Virus record (IMG/VR): IMGVR_UViG_3300001765_000027
Location: 1-64,000 of that record
Direction: 5' to 3' (one strand)
DNA from: a virus
Taxonomy: Duplodnaviria; Caudoviricetes
Length of the DNA stretch: 64,000 bases
Both the position numbers and the translations under genes were made by a program. Positions 61,155-64,000 of this stretch are shown here, piece after piece. Under the pieces are notes generated by a model. The model did no database searches and was not told the origin of the DNA. It saw only the letters and a list, made by a program, of their open reading frames with translations. How positions within the stretch are numbered: the first letter of the stretch is position 1; every line of letters begins with the position of its first letter.

Positions 61155-61541
61155 ATGAGCAATCAAGAGGTTGTCTTTGAGCGGCAGGTTCGCTATGTGG
61201 TCTTCAAAATCAAGGATATTCTTGAGTTTGGGGAGGAACGTGATCTTGATATCTTGCGGCAGATAGGTGGGGATATTGCGTACAGGCGTAGATTGGCCGG
61301 TAAGCCTATTTTCAATGCTGTAGTAGTCGAGCAGGATTGGCCTGAGTTCGATGTAGTTTGGAAACTGATCGAAGAGCGTATGCTTGGCAGGCAGGAGACT
61401 TTGATAGGTGGGCTTAAACCACACAAAGTACGTGACATGGTGAATGAATTACGACTTATGGCCGAGTTCTATTATGACCACCAATCGTTACGTGAGCGTA
61501 TATCCCATGTAGTGCACGATTACTTGGAGGGCAAGAAGTGA
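61155..61541 (+). CDS. hypothetical phage protein
   Basis: F.R..RY.V.K..D and VVVE.DWPE...VW..IE.R motifs; GGAGG RBS. Confidence 0.6.
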   Translation: MSNQEVVFERQVRYVVFKIKDILEFGEERDLDILRQIGGDIAYRRRLAGKPIFNAVVVEQDWPEFDVVWKLIEERMLGRQETLIGGLKPHKVRDMVNELRLMAEFYYDHQSLRERISHVVHDYLEGKK

Positions 61542-61622
61542 AAGTAGAGCTATTGCGGTGGGTTATCTACTGTGTAGTTATGTTACCTGTACTTATTTAC
61601 CGAGGGATAAAGGAGTGTAGAA

Positions 61623-62096
61623 ATGAAAATGGACGAATGTAGGCCTCGTGATGAGATATTTACTCACGTAGAGGATGATGGCTTGGTGAGGCACATCAAT
61701 GCGTCAGCTATGTTCCGAGAATCGTCTAGGGCTATGATTCAAGGCGATGCGGAGCTAGTATGTTGCCCAATAGATAGTGAGTTTGTGGAGTACATACGCG
61801 CTAAGCGGGGTGTTGAGCAAGCTAAGCTGGATAGGCTATGTGAACCTTATCTGTCTTTACCTATAGTTGGCGTGTGGATGGATGATGGTTCATGTCTTAC
61901 CGTAGATGGGCATCATCGCATGGTGAAATTGCACGAACTAGGGGTGAGTACCTACAAGATTATTATCTATTCAGAGCATATGCTTGCACGATATTGCATA
62001 GAGGATGTGCCTAGCCATTTCTCAGAGTTTATAGTATCGGAAACTAAGGCTCAGAGGAGTGAAATGGAGAGCCTAGCGTACCTATTAGGGCAATAG
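61623..62096 (+). CDS. stand-alone ParB/Srx-like domain protein
   Basis: PIVGV.........VDGHHR motif. Confidence 0.6.
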   Translation: MKMDECRPRDEIFTHVEDDGLVRHINASAMFRESSRAMIQGDAELVCCPIDSEFVEYIRAKRGVEQAKLDRLCEPYLSLPIVGVWMDDGSCLTVDGHHRMVKLHELGVSTYKIIIYSEHMLARYCIEDVPSHFSEFIVSETKAQRSEMESLAYLLGQ

Positions 62097-62178
62097 TTAC
62101 GTGGTACTTGCGCTCATGCCGTTTGAATTGCTATGATACGGTTTCGCGGTTAAGTTAACTCAGGTAAAGGAGAACGTC

Positions 62179-62646
62179 ATGGACGGAAACACAGTTGGTG
62201 AAGACGGCCTCAAAAGGGCCAAGTGGGTAGATTGCAGTACTAACCCTAAGAAGCATGGCGAGTTTGAGGGCCATATCAAGGGCGAACCTACTAAGGTAAA
62301 ACGCTATATGTGGACAGGCCGTCAGTGGATGTTCTGTAAGCCTGCTATGGGTCGTAAAAAGGCTCATTGGTTCCCTAGTATCTTCGGTGAACCGGGGGAT
62401 AAATGGCGCGGTCTGGCAGAAGACCCTAACGCTCCTTTGAGCATCGCTGTTCCGTACCCAGACACTTGCCCAGTTACTGATATTGGTACCCTCTTCTCTG
62501 AGGAAGAGCAAAAAGCTATGGACAAGTATCAGGCAGAGAAAGCCTGTGAATGCACTATCGCAACTAAGCTAGTTGGAGATGGTTGCGAGACCTGTAACCC
62601 AGAGAAGGCGGAAGAGTTAGCTCAGGAAGTCGATAGTGCAACTTGA
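62179..62646 (+). CDS. hypothetical protein
   Basis: AAGGAG RBS; promoter TTGCGC-N18-TATGAT upstream. Confidence 0.6.
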   Translation: MDGNTVGEDGLKRAKWVDCSTNPKKHGEFEGHIKGEPTKVKRYMWTGRQWMFCKPAMGRKKAHWFPSIFGEPGDKWRGLAEDPNAPLSIAVPYPDTCPVTDIGTLFSEEEQKAMDKYQAEKACECTIATKLVGDGCETCNPEKAEELAQEVDSAT

Positions 62647-63026
62647 GTGGTATGAGCGTAGGCGAACACCTATGCCCGATACCCAGCCTACTCTACGAAT
62701 AGGTAAGTGGGACGTAGGTTTCGTAGGGTACGATTGGACTTCTTTAGCCACTCGTGGTCTTAGGCACGTTGCCTATATATCCCTGCCGGGAATACCTTGC
62801 GAACAGGGCCATTATGGTAGTGTTAAAGAGGCTAAAGAGGTTGTCTATAACGCGGTTAGGTACTGGTTTTACCACTTGGAGCTACGAGGCGACGAAGATA
62901 AGCCTGTACCTAAGCGCGTCACTAGGAGTAGGCCTGTAGAGCCAGTAGGTAGAGTTCGTAGGTCTAGGGTAGCTGAGGAAATTGTACGGGTGCGCAGGGC
63001 ACCAAGAACTTTATAGGGAGAACATC

Positions 63027-63275
63027 ATGTCAATTACTGCAAGTGAAGCTAAGAAAATTCGTAAGGTATTCGACGGGCTGAAGGCGCATCGTACCTCTGT
63101 GCAGCAGAACCAGCTTACTTTCTGGAAACAGTACGGGGTAACCCAGAGCGGAGGCTCACGCTACGAGAGTGGGCGAGAGATGGACGCTCCTCTACGTGCA
63201 TTAGTAGCCCTGCATGTTAGCGGTAAAGTGGATGATGAGACGCTAGCTAACGCTATGCGGCTAGCTAAATCCTAG
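63027..63275 (+). CDS. RsaL-like XRE-family HTH regulator
   Basis: NQ..FW...GVTQSGGSRYE.G...L.....G...D..LA pattern. Confidence 0.75.
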   Translation: MSITASEAKKIRKVFDGLKAHRTSVQQNQLTFWKQYGVTQSGGSRYESGREMDAPLRALVALHVSGKVDDETLANAMRLAKS

Positions 63276-63282
63276 TATCTAA

Positions 63283-63406
63283 TACGCTGCCTACACTTCC
63301 CCGTAGTTTAACTTAGCAAAGAAAGGCACAGGGCCAGAGCAACAGTGGACAGTTGGTATTGATTGGGAAAGGTCATACCGACAACTTGAAAAGTGTGGGC
63401 GGCGTA
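63283..63406 (+). ncRNA. candidate structured RNA
   Basis: 16-bp closing stem TACGCTGCCTACACTT / AAGTGTGGGCGGCGTA with two GU pairs; internal GTTGGTAT/ATACCGAC helix. Confidence 0.5.
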
Positions 63407-63506
63407 CCTCTCGTATGGTGTATAATCACCATCCCTAATGGGCGTAATAAGGCTATATTAGGCGCGTCAGCCGGTAGTAAATAAGTACAACCTTAAAGGT
63501 GCCGAC

Positions 63507-63743
63507 ATGAAAGTGTATTGGGCCATACAGGGCGCTATAAACGCCATAAGCAGGGAGCATACCGTATATAGAGATGCGTTTCTGCACGTACAGAAAGAGG
63601 TTATAACGCCAAAGCGGGGCATGAAGATGGGTAGGCCACGGTCTAGGTATTACATAGACGGCGACCCCAGAGAATTCCGTACAGAGGATGATATGGTAGC
63701 TGCTTTAGAAAAAGAAAATTTGCAATCGATTTCAAAGGAGTAA
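63507..63743 (+). CDS. hypothetical protein
   Basis: AAGG RBS. Confidence 0.5.
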   Translation: MKVYWAIQGAINAISREHTVYRDAFLHVQKEVITPKRGMKMGRPRSRYYIDGDPREFRTEDDMVAALEKENLQSISKE

Positions 63744-63920
63744 TAATTTGTGGTATGGACTAAAGGAAGGCAACAGACTTATAGCCGTTAAATATTTTCG
63801 CCATCGTGAACCGGATATATTGGACTTCGGTGTACCTATCGGGATCAAAGCCGCGTACGTTGTAGTAGTTGTGCGCATACGAGAAGTAGGAACCGCAGTA
63901 TCGTACTGAAGGAGATACAA

Positions 63921-64000
63921 ATGGCCGCATCATTATTATGTATAGCCCTAACTATATTCATGGAAGCGCGAGGGGAGCCTAAAGCTGGGCAAGAGGCTGT
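63921..64000 (+). CDS. cell wall hydrolase SleB-like (5' part only)
   Basis: AAGGAG RBS; MAASLLCIALTIFMEARGEPKAGQEAV matches the C.A..I..EARGE...GQ.AV motif. Confidence 0.8.
   Translation, partial: MAASLLCIALTIFMEARGEPKAGQEA

Larger units (their letters stand above)
3764..63735. repeat. dispersed 16-bp palindrome, consensus TTG(A/C/T)AATCGATT(G/T/A)CAA, about 30 copies
   Basis: Starts read by eye at 3764, 7526, 8902, 11110, 12476, 14228, 16506, 16803, 19329, 22390, 25428, 28969, 30418, 30645, 32763, 34533, 38148, 41178, 42000, 43862, 45453, 48845, 50745, 53734, 56401, 57058, 57886, 58895, 59956, 63720. Confidence 0.92.

Noticed and set aside
3764-63735. 16-bp palindromes as a CRISPR array or IS ends
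   Set aside because: Copies are hundreds to thousands of bases apart, many inside genes; no spacer periodicity and no transposase
1-64000. Stop-codon reassignment
   Set aside because: Conserved genes are full length in the standard code and end with TAA, TAG and TGA

Overview
A 64 kb slice of a lytic tailed dsDNA phage of a Gram-negative host, probably a proteobacterium (spanins, beta/gamma-type dcd, RsaL-like regulator). Essentially all real genes are on the + strand. Order: tail fibre/receptor-binding genes (1-7.9 kb); lysis cassette containing a hemerythrin (7.9-10.9 kb); DNA ligase; AAA/DUF1257/DUF2997 operon; replication and recombination block (initiator with internal origin, DnaB, UDG-PolA fusion, primase, SSB, helicase, RecA, nucleases; 16-31 kb); a ParB / ParB-methyltransferase / CmoA-like module abutting the terminase genes (32-38 kb); nucleotide metabolism and Tad2; three tRNAs; then a long early region of small ORFs (42-64 kb). 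Strongest unexplained signals: (1) about 30 copies of a 16-bp palindrome tile the window, inside and between genes, never more than about 3.8 kb apart; (2) a candidate carboxymethyl DNA-modification module; (3) three early transcription units lack CTG/GTG on the sense strand while their spacers are packed with them, and one is a recoded paralogue of a normal gene; (4) a shared Arg-rich terminal tag on many unrelated proteins; (5) several structured ncRNA candidates. All family assignments come from motif recognition by eye, not database searches, and motif counts are manual.
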